From Octopus vulgaris (Eukaryota), in contig OX597814.1 in the NCBI GenBank assembly GCA_951406725.2, positions 113,274,001 through 113,338,000 on the forward strand: a DNA stretch of 64,000 nucleotides, in the 5' to 3' direction. Of the stretch, positions 26,846 to 40,881 are shown one piece after another. The notes under the pieces are model-generated. The model was given only the letters and a program-made list of their open reading frames with translations. It had not been told where the DNA came from and searched no databases. The translations under genes were made by a program, and so were the position numbers. Within the stretch, counting starts at the first letter, position 1, and each line of letters begins with the position of its first letter.

Positions 26846-27442
26846 GGTATAAACAGCAACTGCACGACATTGTGAAGTATATTTGCCATCTAAATGTGGT
26901 TAACCACTAAGGGTGGATGCTACTGTAGCTTGTAGCTTGTAGAAGTTGTTCTCCTGGGGCTACAAGCTACAGTAACATCCTCCCTTAGTGGTTAACCACA
27001 CTTAGATGGCAAATATACTTCACATATGCACATATATTTATACTTGTTTCAGTAATTTGACTGCGGCCCTGATTGATATATGTTTGTGTGTGTGTCTTCT
27101 GTTTGTCGCCCACAACAGCTTGGCAGCCGATGTTGGTGTTTTTACGTCACCGTAACATAACAGTTGGGCAATAGCAAAAGCGACAAAATACGCACCTGAC
27201 TTCAAAAATAATAAGTACGTGGGTTGATTCGCTTGACTAAAATTGTCCAAGGTGCTGCCCCAGCATGGCCGCAGTCTAATGACTGCAACAAGCAAAATTT
27301 TTTAAAGTATGCAGTGAAATAGATACACATGCGCGCAAGGTGACTTTCAGAATTTACTATTTCCCGTATATTTTCCGATTCATTTATTAATACTTGCTTT
27401 TTCAGGGGATATATGATAATTTAGACTTTTGATAGCAAGTGA

Positions 27443-27514
27443 GGCTCGTTGGTCTAGGGGTATGATTCTCGCTTTGGGTGCGAGAGGTCCCGGGTTCGAA
27501 TCCCGGACGAGCCC
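27443..27514 (+). tRNA. tRNA-Pro(TGG), intact
   Basis: Perfect match; duplicate of the deleted copy at 6846. Confidence 0.95.
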
Positions 27515-28112
27515 TATAATTTTTAAATAAATAAAATAGCTATTACTCTGTAAGTAAATCTTTAATTCGGAATAAAAACTCTAAGCGTTGATGTACGCAG
27601 TTCTAAACTCGCAGCGTTTTCATTTCTGGTTTCTGGGGCTGAAGAGGAGCCCCCTCCCTCCCCGAGAAATGCATCCATCCATCAGTTAGGTTAGTGAATA
27701 CTCCAAACTTAGGTAGTGAGGCCAAACTGTCTACAGAAGGAAATTTTTTCCACTGATAAATACAGTGAATGCCTTTCTTTAGGGTTTGAATATCCCCCAA
27801 TCATTTTATTTTATCAACCACGAAGGATGAAATAAGTTGGATCTCACGGGATCAATAAAATAAGCACCATTTAAACACTGGGGTCGATGTAATCGTCTAG
27901 CCCTTTCCCCCAAAATTCAAGGCCCTGTGCTTATAATGGGAGGAAAATTAAAATGGTTTCACAGATTTCTTCAGTTTCATTGAATCGATAAAATGATCCT
28001 CGGTTGAACCCTTGTAACGGTGTTGCTACATGGCGTGAAATAGAGACGTATGTGTGTAAGAAGAGTTTCAGAGTTTACTATTTATTACATATCTTCATTT
28101 CTTTACACAGTT

Positions 28113-28184
28113 GGCTCGTTGATCTAGAGGTATGATTTTCGTTTCGGGTGCGAGAGGTCCCGCGTTCGAATACCGGACGAGCCC
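28113..28184 (+). pseudogene. tRNA-Pro(CGG) variant or pseudogene
   Basis: Full length, about 5 substitutions, AGG-type body and 5' flank. Confidence 0.75.
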
Positions 28185-28634
28185 GTTAATTTTTATGACA
28201 GTACACTTTTTAAAATACCGTTTGAAATATCTGTAACTCAATTCTAAATTCGAGATAGTATTATGTGTTGAATTCAACTTGCAAGATTTTATTGTAAGCT
28301 GTGTTGTATCAAAGAAGAGGAAAGATGGAATAAAATAAATGGTAAAAACAAGTGCACTAGGATTCATCTGGGATCTCTCGCGAAACGACCCGCAGCAGAC
28401 TTGAATTAATGCCTTACGGAATTTTATTGTCTTTCTTTGCTAAATTAAGTTTTCTCTTCGATATTTCTTCTATGAAGAAAATCGTGAATCCGGAGCAAGA
28501 AGAAATCGATAACAGTCTAAATAGTCTAAAACGACACTCCTTGCCTACACGTCAGCTCTGCTTCTGGTAATAACAATAGATAAAACATATATTTTTAACA
28601 AGAAATATGATAGTTTAAGCTCCCGTGTAAGTGT

Positions 28635-28706
28635 GGCTCGTTGGTCTAGGGGTATGATTCTCGCTTTGGGTGCGAGAGGTCCCGGGTTCGAATCCCGTAC
28701 GAGCCC
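28635..28706 (+). tRNA. tRNA-Pro(TGG), one T-stem mismatch
   Basis: Duplicate of 7485; CCCGTAC variant. Confidence 0.8.
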
Positions 28707-29039
28707 TTCGTTTTTGTTATAAATGTATTTTGTATTATATTTGCAACATAGAATTATGGTGCTGAAATAAATCTGATACAGAATGAAAGCTCGTCCGTCT
28801 TTATGTTCGGTTTCAAATTCCCTTCGTCATTCAGCTTTTCGGGATCGATAAAATAAGCACGATCTAAACGCTGGGGTCGATGTAATTGACTAACCTGTTC
28901 CCGATCATGCAACAGTTTTTATTTGGCCATCGTTACTATTAACACCAAAAACGACCTGATCTACATACATACAAACATGCATGCTTGAAACTTGTCTTTT
29001 AAAAGGAAATAGGAAAATTTAGAAATGTCGTTAGTGTTA

Positions 29040-29111
29040 GGCTCGTTGGTCTAGGGGTATGATTCTCGCTTTGGGTGCGATAGGTCCTGGATTCGAATCT
29101 CGGACGAGCCC
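29040..29111 (+). pseudogene. tRNA-Pro(TGG) pseudogene
   Basis: Duplicate of 7888, several stem substitutions. Confidence 0.75.
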
Positions 29112-30133
29112 TTCAGATTTATTTTTTATAAATAAATAAAAATTTTATTGTATTTTTAGCATTTTCGGATCGATTAAAATAATCACTATTTACGCATTGG
29201 GGTCCGTTTCCCGAAAATTCAGGGCCATGTGCTTGGAATGGGAAGAAAATAAAAATGATTTCACAAATTTCAACCGTTTCATTGGATCGATGAAATGGTC
29301 CTCTGTTTAACCCTCTAAGCGGCAATTCGAAACTGAACCGCTAGGTTATCGGTCAGACTCTACGACCATTTCACGTGATCGGTGTATTAAGCAACCAACA
29401 GGCGTGAAGTCGTCGCTTGATTCAATTTTCTAGAAATTTCCTTATTTAAAAAAATGGCACTTTTAGCGCTTGAACTCTTTGTAGGGTGTTGAAACCAGCC
29501 AATTCATTCATATGTCTCATCACTTGCGGGGTAGTTTGTTGAGGAACAGTCAAACTGTCTTGAGACAGATAACTGATTGTCAATAGCACAATTGTTTCTC
29601 GGTACCACGGGTCAGTCACAGATTGCGTGTATCAGTAAGCTTGCCGGGTAACATGTCACTCCTAGTATGTAATTATTGTAGTTGTTATTTGTAAAGGGCC
29701 AACACAGTTTGTGTTTATGTGCGATAATAAAATCTTGTGTTAAATGTTCGTGGGTGCTGTTCAGTTATTTTTTCGCGTAGCCCCAAATAACATTTTCAGT
29801 CATCAACTCAACCAGGGATCATCTAAGACCAGCCCACAAACCCCCCCGCTCGCAACACACTCAGATCCACTGGCCACATATTTAACACTAGGTACATTAA
29901 TTAAAACCGAGAAATTAAATTTAGAGACATTAAATTATTAATTAGTAATAAAACGTTTACAAGAACGAGAGTTGTTAATCACCAGAATCAATCTAGAAAA
30001 GAGAACTTCGGTCCAGCTCATACGATGTGGTCCGAATTTTTAAAATACGAAGACATGTGAAATAGAGACAACGTTTGTCAGTTGTGTATCAGAGTTTTCT
30101 ACTTCTTACATATTATCAAGGTTTTTTACGGTT

Positions 30134-30206
30134 GGCTCGTTGGTCTAGGGGTATGATTCTTCGCCTAGAGAGTGAGAGGTCCCGGGTTCGGATCCCGGAC
30201 GAGTCT
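30134..30206 (+). pseudogene. tRNA-Pro pseudogene (T-arm retained)
   Basis: Duplicate of 8968 with mutated anticodon arm. Confidence 0.8.
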
Positions 30207-30990
30207 ACTATATACTTATTTTTTATGAATATGTTTTGTGTTCTATTTGCTTTAGGGAATTGTGGTACAGACAGAAAAAATATAATTTTGAATGAATGCG
30301 TAGAGGAATGATATTCACTGATACATACTTGCAGTGCCTACGCTGTACGGTTTCTGGTACTGAGGAGGAAATAATCACTCCGAAATGCATGCACCCACCA
30401 ATCTAGTTAGGGAACGCTGCAAACTTGGTGTGTTTACTCGTATCTGTCTTTCTCTCCAATGATACATAAAGTGAATGGCTTTGTTACGGGTTCGAATATG
30501 CCTCAGGTGATTCTTTTTATCAACCTCGAAGGGCGAAAGGCGAAGTTGGATCTCACGTAATTTGAACTGAGATCATAAGGATCCAGGAGAAATGCTGCTA
30601 AGCATTTTTAGCGACGTTCAAGCGATTGTCCCATTCCGCCACCTTTCTTATTTCATAATAATGAAAATGGCTTCCAAGGCAGTCAACTGGTCGATCGTTA
30701 GCAACCCGGACAAAATGCTTGGCGTCATTTCTTCTGTCTTTACATTCCGAGTTCCAATTCAAAGAATGCAAAGCAAATAAAAATTATATTCCAAATTTCC
30801 TTTAGTTCACTTGAATCGATAAAATGAATCTTCAAATCTACTCCCTAAATATTTAACAAAAGGTATATTAATAAAAAGCGAAGATTTAAACCTAGAGGCA
30901 TTAAATTATTAATTAGCAATAAACTGTCAATAAGAGCCTGACTAGTTAATCATCAGAAAAAAAATCTATAAAAGATACTAAGAGTAAAAG

Positions 30991-31066
<76 letters not shown>

Positions 31067-31506
31067 TGTATGGTGGGGAGTGCAAGAGATATTTAAAATT
31101 ATAAAGTGAAATACATCAATTAAATTAAAAATAAAAACCTAGAAACTAAAAATATAAGCTGTCTTTTACCAAAGATGAGAAAAGGTGGAATATAATAAAT
31201 AGTAAAAAAAAGTGCACTGGAATGCATCTGGGATCTCCCGCGAAACGAACCGCAGAAGACGTGAATTAATGCCTTACAAAATTTTATCGCCTTCCTTTGC
31301 TAAATTAAGTTTTCTCTTCGATATTTCTTTCATGAATAACAAATCGTGTATCCGGAGCAAGAAGAAATCGACAACAGTCTAAGTAGTCTAAAACGACACT
31401 CCTTGTTCAAACGTCGGCTGCGCCTCTGGTAATAAGAATAGATAAAAAATATTAATACTTGCTTTTTAACAATAAATATGAAACCTTACACCAGTCGACT
31501 AGGTCC

Positions 31507-31578
31507 GGCTCGTTGGTCTAGGGGTATGATTCTCGCTTCGGGTGCGAGAGGTCCCGGGTTCGAATCCCGGACGAGCCC
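31507..31578 (+). tRNA. tRNA-Pro(CGG), intact
   Basis: Perfect 72-nt match. Confidence 0.95.
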
Positions 31579-31622
31579 ATAAATTTTTTATAAATATATA
31601 AAAAAATTTATAAAAATTTTAT

Positions 31623-31694
31623 GCGCTCGTCCGGGATTCGAACCCTGGACCTCTCGCACCCAAAGCGAGAATCATACCCCTAGACCAACGAGCC
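31623..31694 (-). tRNA. tRNA-Pro(TGG), two stem mismatches
   Basis: Reverse-complement match, convergent with 31507. Confidence 0.7.
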
Positions 31695-33550
31695 GTACCT
31701 ACTCGATTGGTGTAAGGTATCATATTCATTGTTAAAATATATGTGTGTGTGTTTATACTTTATTGTTGACAAACAAAGGCAGTAATTTTATTCAGCTGAA
31801 TACACGTTATTGATTAGTTGAAATTACCGAAATACGAAAACTTTTGCGTGAAATAACTTTGTAAATATAAGTTTTTCTCAAAAACGCTAAGAGCAAAAGA
31901 TGTTTTATATGACACATTCTACCAGTGTCCGAAGTTTGAAAGTGTTTAGTTACATAAAATTATTTTTAAATCTGTAGGTCAAATGGTAAAGATCCAAGAA
32001 ATCAAATACTGAATGAAAGCTCTACGCTATGATGCACGCGGATAAAACCTTATAGCCCCTTCCTTTCCGGAGTCTGGTTCTGAAGATGAGAAAACCACTG
32101 AGAAATGCATGCGTCAACCAATCAGGTTAGGTAATATTCCAAACTGTTTACAGAGAGCAATTTTCTCTGACGATAAATACAGTGAATGGTTTTATGGCGA
32201 GTTCGAATATACTTCAAACACTTTTTTTCATCAAACGCGAAGGATGTAAGTTAGATCTCACGTGATTTCAAATCAGGTCATAAAGTGCCGGAAGCAACGC
32301 CCTAATAACTCTGTCAACCCATCACCCTTCTTATTTCGTAATAACGAGAATGTGTTCTAATGCGGCACGCTGGTTGAATTGTAGCACGCCGGACAAAATG
32401 CTTAGCGGCATTCGTCCATCTTTATGTTTTGTTTCAAATGCCTTCTAAGATTGACTTCGCCTTTAAGCGTTCCGGGATCGATGAAATAAGCACCATTTAA
32501 ACACTGGGGTCGATGTAATCGATTAACTCGTTCCCGAAAAGTCAACCAAGTAATCAGCGTGAAGCCGTCGCGTGATCCAATTTTCTAGAACTTTCTTCCT
32601 CTACTCTTATAAAAAAAAATCCAGCTTTGGACGCTTGAGCCCTTTCAAGATCGTTGAAACCAGCAGATTCTTTCACATGTCTGACATATCTAGAGGTATG
32701 GTTTTTCGCTTCATGTGCGAGAGGTACCGAGTTCGAATCCCGGACGAGCCAAATAATTTATTTTTCTTTTAGCTTGCTATTTAGATTACTTGCAATATTT
32801 CATTTTCCCTATAATTTCATCATCAACATCATCATCATAGATAAATAACGGAACAAGAACTCCGGCTTAGCGGTGAGGCGGGTGTTATAACGGAATTTCT
32901 TCTCGTTCAGGGCTGACTAAACAAAGATAAGGGGTCTCTTACACCCAGCAGTTAAATGGCAGTGGACTCATCTTAGTTAATTGGTCCGTCGACAGGTTTT
33001 GTTTTTCGTCCAACCGGGTGCCTAAATAAACCACACCTTCCTTATCACCCAGGCTTGGTAGTGTTGCCGGTTTAGTCGCTGACGGCCCGATCATGCGACA
33101 GTTTTTATTTGGTTACACGATACTAGTAACACCAAAAATGACCTGATATACATACATATATACATAAATAGAAACATGCATGCATGCCCGCTTACTTGCC
33201 TTTTGAAAAGAAATAGGAAAATTTAGAGCTGGAATCCAGTGTGAGGTTCGTTGGTCGAGGGGGTATGATTCTTATTTTGAGTGCGAGAGGTCTCGGGTTC
33301 GAATCCCAGACTATTTCTTTAAAAAATAAGTAAAAATGTTACTGTGTTTTTAGCAAAGAATTATAGTAAACAATTGGCAGCTTTATTTGCAGTAGTGGCT
33401 GTGTGGTAAGTAGCTTGCTTACCAACCACATGGTTCTGGGTTCATTCCCACTGTGTGGCACCTCGAGCAAGTGTCTTCTACTATAGCTTCGGGCCGACCA
33501 AAGCCTTGTGGGTGGATTTGGTAGACGGAAACTGAAAGAAGCCCGTTGTA

Positions 33551-33601
<51 letters not shown>

Positions 33602-34258
33602 ATATGTTTGTGTGTCTGTGTTTGCACCCCCCCCAACATCGCTTGACAACCGTTACTGGTGTGTTTATGTCCCCGTAACTTAGCGGTTCGGCAAAGTGAC
33701 CGATAGAATAAGTACTAGGTTTACAAAGAATAAGTCCCGGGGTCGATTTGCTCCTCTAAAGGCGGTGCTCCAGCATATTATTTTGTCAACCGCGAAGGAT
33801 GAAAGTCGAACTTGGATCTTACGGGATTTGAACTCAGATCATAAAGATCCGGAACAAATACCATTAAGCATTTTTAGCGACACTCTAACGATTCTACCAA
33901 TCCATCACCCCTTCTTATTTCATAATAACAATAATGGTTTGTAAGATGGTGAGCTGGGTGAATTCTAGCACGCCGGATAAAATGCTTAGCGGCATTTCGT
34001 CCACCTTTTCGGTTTCAAATGCCCTCTGAGATTGTCTTCGTCATTCAGCTTTTCGAGATCGATAAAATAATCACTAGTTAAACACTGGGGTCGATGTAAT
34101 TGACTAACCCGTTCCCGATCATGCAACAGTTTTTATTTGGTCACACGTTACTATTAACACCAAAAACGATCTATTCTACATACATACAAGCATGCATGCA
34201 TGCGTACAACTTGCCTTTTAAAAGGAATTAGGAAAATTTAGACCTGTCTGCAGTGTGG

Positions 34259-34330
34259 GGCTCGTTGGTCTAGGGGTATGATTCTCGCTTTGGGTGCGAG
34301 AGGTCCCGGGTTCGAATCCTGGACGAGCCC
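34259..34330 (+). tRNA. tRNA-Pro(TGG), one G:U variant in T stem
   Basis: 72-nt match, AATCCTGG variant. Confidence 0.85.
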
Positions 34331-34354
34331 TTTAATTTTATTTTTTATATATAT

Positions 34355-34760
34355 AGGTGCGGGAGTGGCTGTGTGGTAAGTAGCTTGCTTACCAACCACA
34401 TGGTTCCGGGTTCAGTCCCACTGCGTGACACCTTCGTCAAGTGTCTTCTACTATAGCCTCGGGCCGACCAAAACCTTGTGAGTGGATTTGGTAGACGGAA
34501 ACTGAAAGAAGCCTGTCGTATATATGTATATATTTGTGTGTGTGTTAGTGTATATGTTTGTATGTCTGTGTTTGTCCCCACAACATCGCTTGACAACCGA
34601 TGCTGGTGTGTTTACGTCCCCGTAATTTATCGGTTCGGCAAAAGAGATCGATAGAATAAGTACTAGGCTTAGAAGGAATAAGTCCCGGGGTCGATTTGCT
34701 CTACTACAAGGCGGTGCTCTAGCATGGCCACAGTCAAATGACTGAAACAAGTAAAAGAGT
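34355..34760 (+). mobile_element. SINE family A, full length
   Basis: Duplicate of 13072-13480. Confidence 0.9.
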
Positions 34761-35204
34761 ATATAAATTAAAATTTGATTGTATTTTTAGTACAGAAATA
34801 TATACATCCGTGTGTATTCAACATGTCTGCATTGAAAATTGAATATAGTGATCCTTCGACTTGCGCGAGTGTTACGTTCCAAAACCCCAGGCAATAGATA
34901 AAATCCGCTGGAAGTAGGGATGTTCGAACCAGCAATGTAACCATTGACTGTATTTATCATTTGAGAAAATTTCTCGCTGTTGACAATGTGGAGCGATCCC
35001 CAACCTGACTGGTTGATGCATGCATTTCTCTGTGGTTTTCTCGTCTCAGTACCATAGCCCGGAGAAGAAGGCGCTTTTGATTTGCATCTGCGCGCATCAT
35101 TGTTTAGAACTTTCATTCTGTATCAGATTTATTTCTGTACCATAATTCTATGTTGCAAATATAACACAAAATGCATTCATAACAAAAAAAAAAAAAAAAT
35201 CGAA

Positions 35205-35276
35205 GGGCTCGTCCGGGATTCGAACCCGGGACCTCTCGCACCCAAAGCGAGAATCATACCCCTAGACCAACGAGCC
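35205..35276 (-). tRNA. tRNA-Pro(TGG), intact
   Basis: Perfect reverse-complement match, long T-run downstream on the - strand. Confidence 0.95.
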
Positions 35277-36092
35277 ACGCTTACGGAGGAGTATGAAGTA
35301 TCGTATTTCTTGTTAAAAATATTATTTTATCTATTGTTATTACCAGAGGCACGTATGTATGTATGTATGTATGTATGTATGTATGTACGTGCGTATGTGT
35401 TTGTGAATCTATGTGTGTATGTATGTTATGTCAAGTGACTCTTGGTGTTATTGGTGACATGTAACCGTAGAACAACCTGTCGCATGATCAGGCCGTCAGC
35501 GTCTAAACCGGCAACACTACCAGACCTGATTGGTAAAGGAATGTGGAGACTGTTTAAACACCCGGTCGGTCGAAAAACAAAACCTGTTCAGGACCAATGA
35601 ACTAAGATGAGTCGACTGCCATTTAATTGCTGCGTGTCAGAGGCCCCTTGTCTTTGTTTAGACATCCCTGTAGAAGGAGGAGATTCCGTTATAACACCCA
35701 CCTCGCCGCTAAGCTGGAGTTTTAGCTCCCCGACCTATTATGTTGATGATTAAATTATAGGAATAATAAAGTATAGCAAATCATCAAAATAGCAAAAAAA
35801 AAGTAAAATAGAACAGTAGGCTCGTCCAGGATTTGAAACCCGGACCACTCGCATCCTAAGCGAAAATCATTCCCCTACACCAACCAGCCAACTTCGAACA
35901 GCCGGGAAAATCTCGGGAAAATATATAATTGTGAACTCTGATACACAACTTAAATATGTTGTATAAAACACTCCTTGTTTAGACGTCAGCTGTGACTGAA
36001 ATTACAGAAATAGTTAATGAATAGATAAAAGGAAGTGAATATTTTACCTTTTAAAAATAAATACACCAATTTAAGTTGGATGCTCGGCGTAT

Positions 36093-36164
36093 GGCTCGTT
36101 GGTCTAGGGGTATGATTCTCGCTTTGGGTGCGAGAGGTCCCGGGTTCAAATCCCGGACGAGCCC
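36093..36164 (+). tRNA. tRNA-Pro(TGG), intact
   Basis: 72-nt match with TTCAAAT T-loop. Confidence 0.93.
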
Positions 36165-36734
36165 ATAAGTGTACTTTTTTTTTTATATGATATATAAATA
36201 TTATGCTGCATTTGCTCCAAGAAATTGTAGTGCAGAAATGTAAATCGGGATGAAAGCACTCAGCCGTGATGTACGTCGATACAAACTCGCAGCGCCTGCC
36301 GTTTCCGGTTTCTATTGCTGAAGAGAGATAATCAATCCGAAGTGCATCTATCCTCCAGTCGGATTGGGAACGCTGCGAATTGACTCACGGGTTCCAATAC
36401 ATGCTTCAAGTTTCTATTTACACACGTCACTGTATTTTATTTATAGTGAACCAGTGAATAGCGCAACTAATCATTGAACGATGGCGGGAATATGGATCTG
36501 TCGGTGGTGTGAGGTGGCAGCATCTGACATTCCGATATCTGGTACTGACGTTATTCCAGGGACAAGGGAAAGGTCGATATAGCTTGGCACCAGTGACCTC
36601 GCAACCCATTTCTACAGCTGAGTTAACCGGAGCAACGTGAAGTAAAGACGTGAATTTTAAAACAACTTTTCTTTGTCAATTTAGATATAAAATCGTTGCT
36701 ACACTTCTGTCAATTCTCTACGTTTTCAGTCATC

Positions 36735-37142
36735 AGGAATGGCTGTGTGGTTAGTAGCTTGCTTACCAACCACAAGGTTCCAAGTTCAGTCCCACTGCGA
36801 GGCACCTTGGGCAAGTATCTTCCACTATAGCTTCGGGCCGACCAAAGCGTAGTGAGTGGATTTGGTAGACGGAAACTGAAAGAATCCCGTCGTGTATATA
36901 TATGTATATGTATTTATATATATGTATGTGTGTGTGTATATTTGTGTGTCTGTGTTTGTCCCCGCAACATCGTTTGACAACCGATGCTGGTGTGTTTACG
37001 TCCCCATAACTTAGCGGTTCGGCAAAAGCGTCCGATAGAATAAGTACTAGGCTTACAAAGAATAAGTCCTGGGGGCGATTTGTTCGACTAAAGGCGGTGC
37101 TCCAGCATGGCCGCAGTCAGATGACTGAAACAATTAAAAGAT
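36735..37142 (+). mobile_element. SINE family A, full length
   Basis: Consensus match; duplicate at ~43841-44248. Confidence 0.88.
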
Positions 37143-38154
37143 TCAATAAGATGTTTAATTTTTTACAGTTTTTCATGTTTGTCATGTTTTTTTCTTTTGT
37201 TTAGGGTGATGACCAAAAGTACAGATATTTCTCGTAAAACGGGGGAGATAACCCAAGTTTTTTATGGGGGTGAGATAAGCAAAAAGTACCCAAGTCTCTG
37301 CTCATGACTCTTATAGACAGCCCTAACCTAAAGAGGGAGCTATCTTCAAACGAGAGACATAACCTGAATACTTGTGGCAGAGTGAACCCAAGGGATCAGG
37401 TGGTAGCGTTAGGATGGGTGATGGATTAAGTCTATTACCTAAGTAGACTATTGTAGGGATTGAACTCAGAACGTAAAGAATCGGGGCAATTTCCACAAGG
37501 TACCTGGTCCCTGTATTCAACAGTTTCCACCATTCAACAGCCCTGGGTCGGTACTTTATTTTATCGAGACCAGAAGGATGAAAAGTAGACTTCAGCGGGA
37601 TTTGAACTCGTAATAACACAAAGAGCTAGAACAAATGTAGCAAGGCATCTGGACCGACGTCCTTAAAGAAAACTCCACCGCTTTGCATTGATTGGGACGT
37701 TTTTATCGATCCCAAGAGTAAAAAAAAGAATCAGAAATGACTTTGGTACGATTTGAACTGATAATGCCGAGAGTCGAAGCAAAAACCCGTGAGACATTAT
37801 AACCGACACTCTACCGATTCTGCCACTTAGCAAGAATTCAGCTTGGTTTTCCTTCAGATGTGTTGACTTCCTATTCTGTTCTCAGTAGAAATATCTTAAC
37901 TAGAGTAATGTCCATCTCAATCATCTCAAGAGATTATCACACAATCTTTATTATAACTTATTAACAACTTTATTAATGAACTGTGTGAATCACCGACATT
38001 GACCGATTATAAATGAGAACTGGAGATATGAATTTAGAAGAGATAATGTGATAAGATGGATGTTAAATAGGATTCGCAGGAAAACTAACACTGCACACTA
38101 CATCCGTGCTGGAACTGTCTTATACAGAAAGTAATTATTCTACTGTTCTTTTAG

Positions 38155-38395
38155 TCTTTTACTTGCTTCACTCATTTGACAGGGGCCATGCTGAAGCTCC
38201 GCTTTTAGTCGAACAAATTGATCCCAGGACTTATTCTTTGTAAGCCTAGTACCTCTTCTATCATTTTTTTTGCCAAACCGCTAAGTTACGGGGACGTAGA
38301 CACACACCAACATCAGCTGTCAAATGATGGTGGTGGAGAGAAACACAGACACACAAATACATATATATAAATATAAATATATATATGTGTGTGTT

Positions 38396-38441
<46 letters not shown>

Positions 38442-38611
38442 CATATGACGAGCTTCTTTCAGATTCCGTCCGCCAAATCCGCTCACAAGGCACTGGTCGG
38501 TCCGAGGCTATAGTAGAAGACACTTGCCCAAGGTGCCACACAGTGGGACTGAACCCGGAACCAGTTGGTTAGGAAGCAAGCTTTTTACCACACAGCTACT
38601 CCTGCACCTGA
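38155..38611 (-). mobile_element. SINE family A
   Basis: Reverse-complement match; duplicate at ~45285-45697. Confidence 0.85.
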
Positions 38612-38866
38612 ATATTAAGGGTCAAAGTAACCAACTAACCCTTCCCCTAGCAATTGTTGGCCTTGTCCCTACATTTGAAACCAGTATTTTGTATATGTTT
38701 TTATTAGTTACACTATTTACATTATTATTAGTATCAATAATAGCACCCACTTGAAATGAAAGTGCTCAAGTTAAAAGATAATACATGAAAAAAAAAATTG
38801 ATTGGAAATATTTTTCAAAACTATAAAGTGGCATGTACAAAATGCGTCCATGAAACAAAATACTTT

Positions 38867-38925
38867 GGGCTCGTCCGGGATCTCTCGCACCCAAAGCGAG
38901 AATCATACCCCTAGACCAACGAGCC
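38867..38925 (-). pseudogene. tRNA-Pro(TGG) with 13-nt T-arm deletion
   Basis: Same junction as 6846; duplicate at 46450 intact. Confidence 0.9.
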
Positions 38926-39244
38926 TCACTACGTAAAAGTGCTTAAATTATCATTCTATAAAGAATAAGTTATAATTTTGTATGTATAGTTATAACCAGA
39001 AAATAAGCTGGCATCTGAAAGAGGAGTGTTGATTTAATTAAATCTATTGTCTTGATAAGTTTCGTGGTTATCATTTGAGGATATTTACAGTAAGATATCA
39101 CAAAAGGAGGTTAATGTGATGAAGGAGATTTGTAATTTTTTTTTTTTGTGTGTGTGTGTAGTTGTTCTAAAGGGTTTTGAGAATCGTTTAGTAAAGAGAT
39201 TCTGGGTGAAATACAAATTTTAGTGTTTCATTAGTTAAAACATA

Positions 39245-40037
39245 GGATCTTTTCGGTTTGAACGGCAGTTTTTAACATAGTTTCTAGGTAACTAAAAAAT
39301 TTTAAACTTCGTATACTGGTAGAATGTGTTTATAAAACATCATTTTCTCTTGGCTTTCTTGAGAAAATTCTGTAGATTGTAACATATTTCGTCTTTAATT
39401 TCTTGCATTTCGGCAATTTTAACCAATCACTGGCGTCCATTGCGGTAAACAACATTCTGTGCCGTATGAATATGTCCCTCCTTTAAGAAACAGATTGGGT
39501 TTATTTACATTTGTGAAGAAAAACAGATACCCTTCCCCCACCCCTAACCCTAACCCTAACTAACCCTAACTAACCCTAAATCTAAAATAGATTGAAATGC
39601 AATACATCGATTCTAGGCTTATAATTATGGGTGACAATTTCATATGACACCGCTAGAGAAAATAGCAGTTTTTTCTAGCGGTGTCATATGAAATTGTCAC
39701 CCATAATTATGAGCCTAGAATCGATGTATTGCATTTCAATCTGTTTTAGATTTAGTGTTAGTTAGGGTTAGGGTATCTTTTTTTCTTCACAAATGTAAAT
39801 AAACCCAATCTGTTTCTTAAACGAGGGACATATTCATACGGCACAGAATGCTTTCACCTCAGTAGACGGTCATTGATTGGTTAAAATTGCCGAAATGCAA
39901 GAAATTAAAGACGAAATGTTACAAACTACAGAATTTTCTCAAGAAAGCCAAGAGAAAAAGATGTTTTATAAACACATTCTACCAGTATACGAAGTTTAAA
40001 ATTATGTTAAAAACTGCCGTTCAAACCGAAAAGATCC
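39245..40037. mobile_element. Palindromic dimer MITE
   Basis: TIR GGATCTTTTCGGTTTGAACGGCAGTTTT, TSD AAAACATA, empty site near 46820. Confidence 0.9.
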
Positions 40038-40487
40038 AAAACATATTCTAACATGATTTTGAAGCTTAACTGCAAAAATATAAAAGTTTTAAAGGAATCA
40101 TTCGCGATTTGAACCCAGAATCGCTCGCTAACGAAGCACGAATCATTTCTTTCGGCGTAGGAGAATTAAGAACTGGGATCAATGCAATCAACTTACCCGA
40201 AATTGCTGGCCTTGTGTCAAAATTTTAGACCAATATTTACCTCTGGAGGATAACAGTGAAATATATCTTTGAGAAACCTTAATATAACGAGGTGGATTTA
40301 AAAAACAAAAATATGTATGAGGGTTGTTCTGCTGGTACAGGGTTTCGTATTATGACTGATTCCGAATGAAACCTGGAGGCTTTTTTGATGGGTAGGGGTG
40401 GGGGGACAGTCTTTATTAAAATAGCAAAACGTATACTCCAATGCAATTTTTAAAATTAGCAGAGAAAAGGTACACAAACAGAAATAA

Positions 40488-40558
40488 GGGTCCGTCTTGG
40501 ATTTGAATCGAGGATCTTTCGCACCCTGAACGAGATAAAGACTCAAGACCAACGAGGC
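40488..40558 (-). pseudogene. Highly degenerate tRNA-Pro
   Basis: Residual TCGCACCC and AGACCAACGAG motifs; copy at 48577-48647. Confidence 0.6.
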
Positions 40559-40809
40559 AACCGGTGAGTTTTCTTGGATTTATATTTCAAATAGGAACTA
40601 TCAAATATTAACCTCCATACATACACACGAATTTAGATGATTAGGGTCCACTATTTTGAAATTTTCGACAAATGACTAGAAAAAACATAGAATTATAATT
40701 AAATTGGGCCTTGTCATGTTTCTGTTCAGCGTTTGCATAATGCGTATCAGCTTGATCAAGTAATAGTAAAAAGACACTCTTATGCACAAGAAATAAAGCA
40801 AAAGTACTT

Positions 40810-40881
40810 GGGCTCGCCCGGGATTCGAACCCGGGACCTCTCGCACCCAAAGCGAGAATCATACCTCTAGACCAACGAGCC
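40810..40881 (-). tRNA. tRNA-Pro(TGG), variant
   Basis: 72-nt reverse-complement match with 2 substitutions. Confidence 0.8.

Larger units (their letters stand above)
18700..36699. repeat. Segmental duplication A, copy 2
   Basis: Starts CTGAAGGGTGTAGTCGAATG as at position 1; extra segments near 22.9-25.1, 28.0-28.5, 33.9-34.3 and 34.9-35.3 kb. Confidence 0.95.

Noticed and set aside
39541-39580. True telomere or chromosome-fusion scar
   Set aside because: Only a few degenerate CCCTAA units, internal to a MITE and present in its other copy
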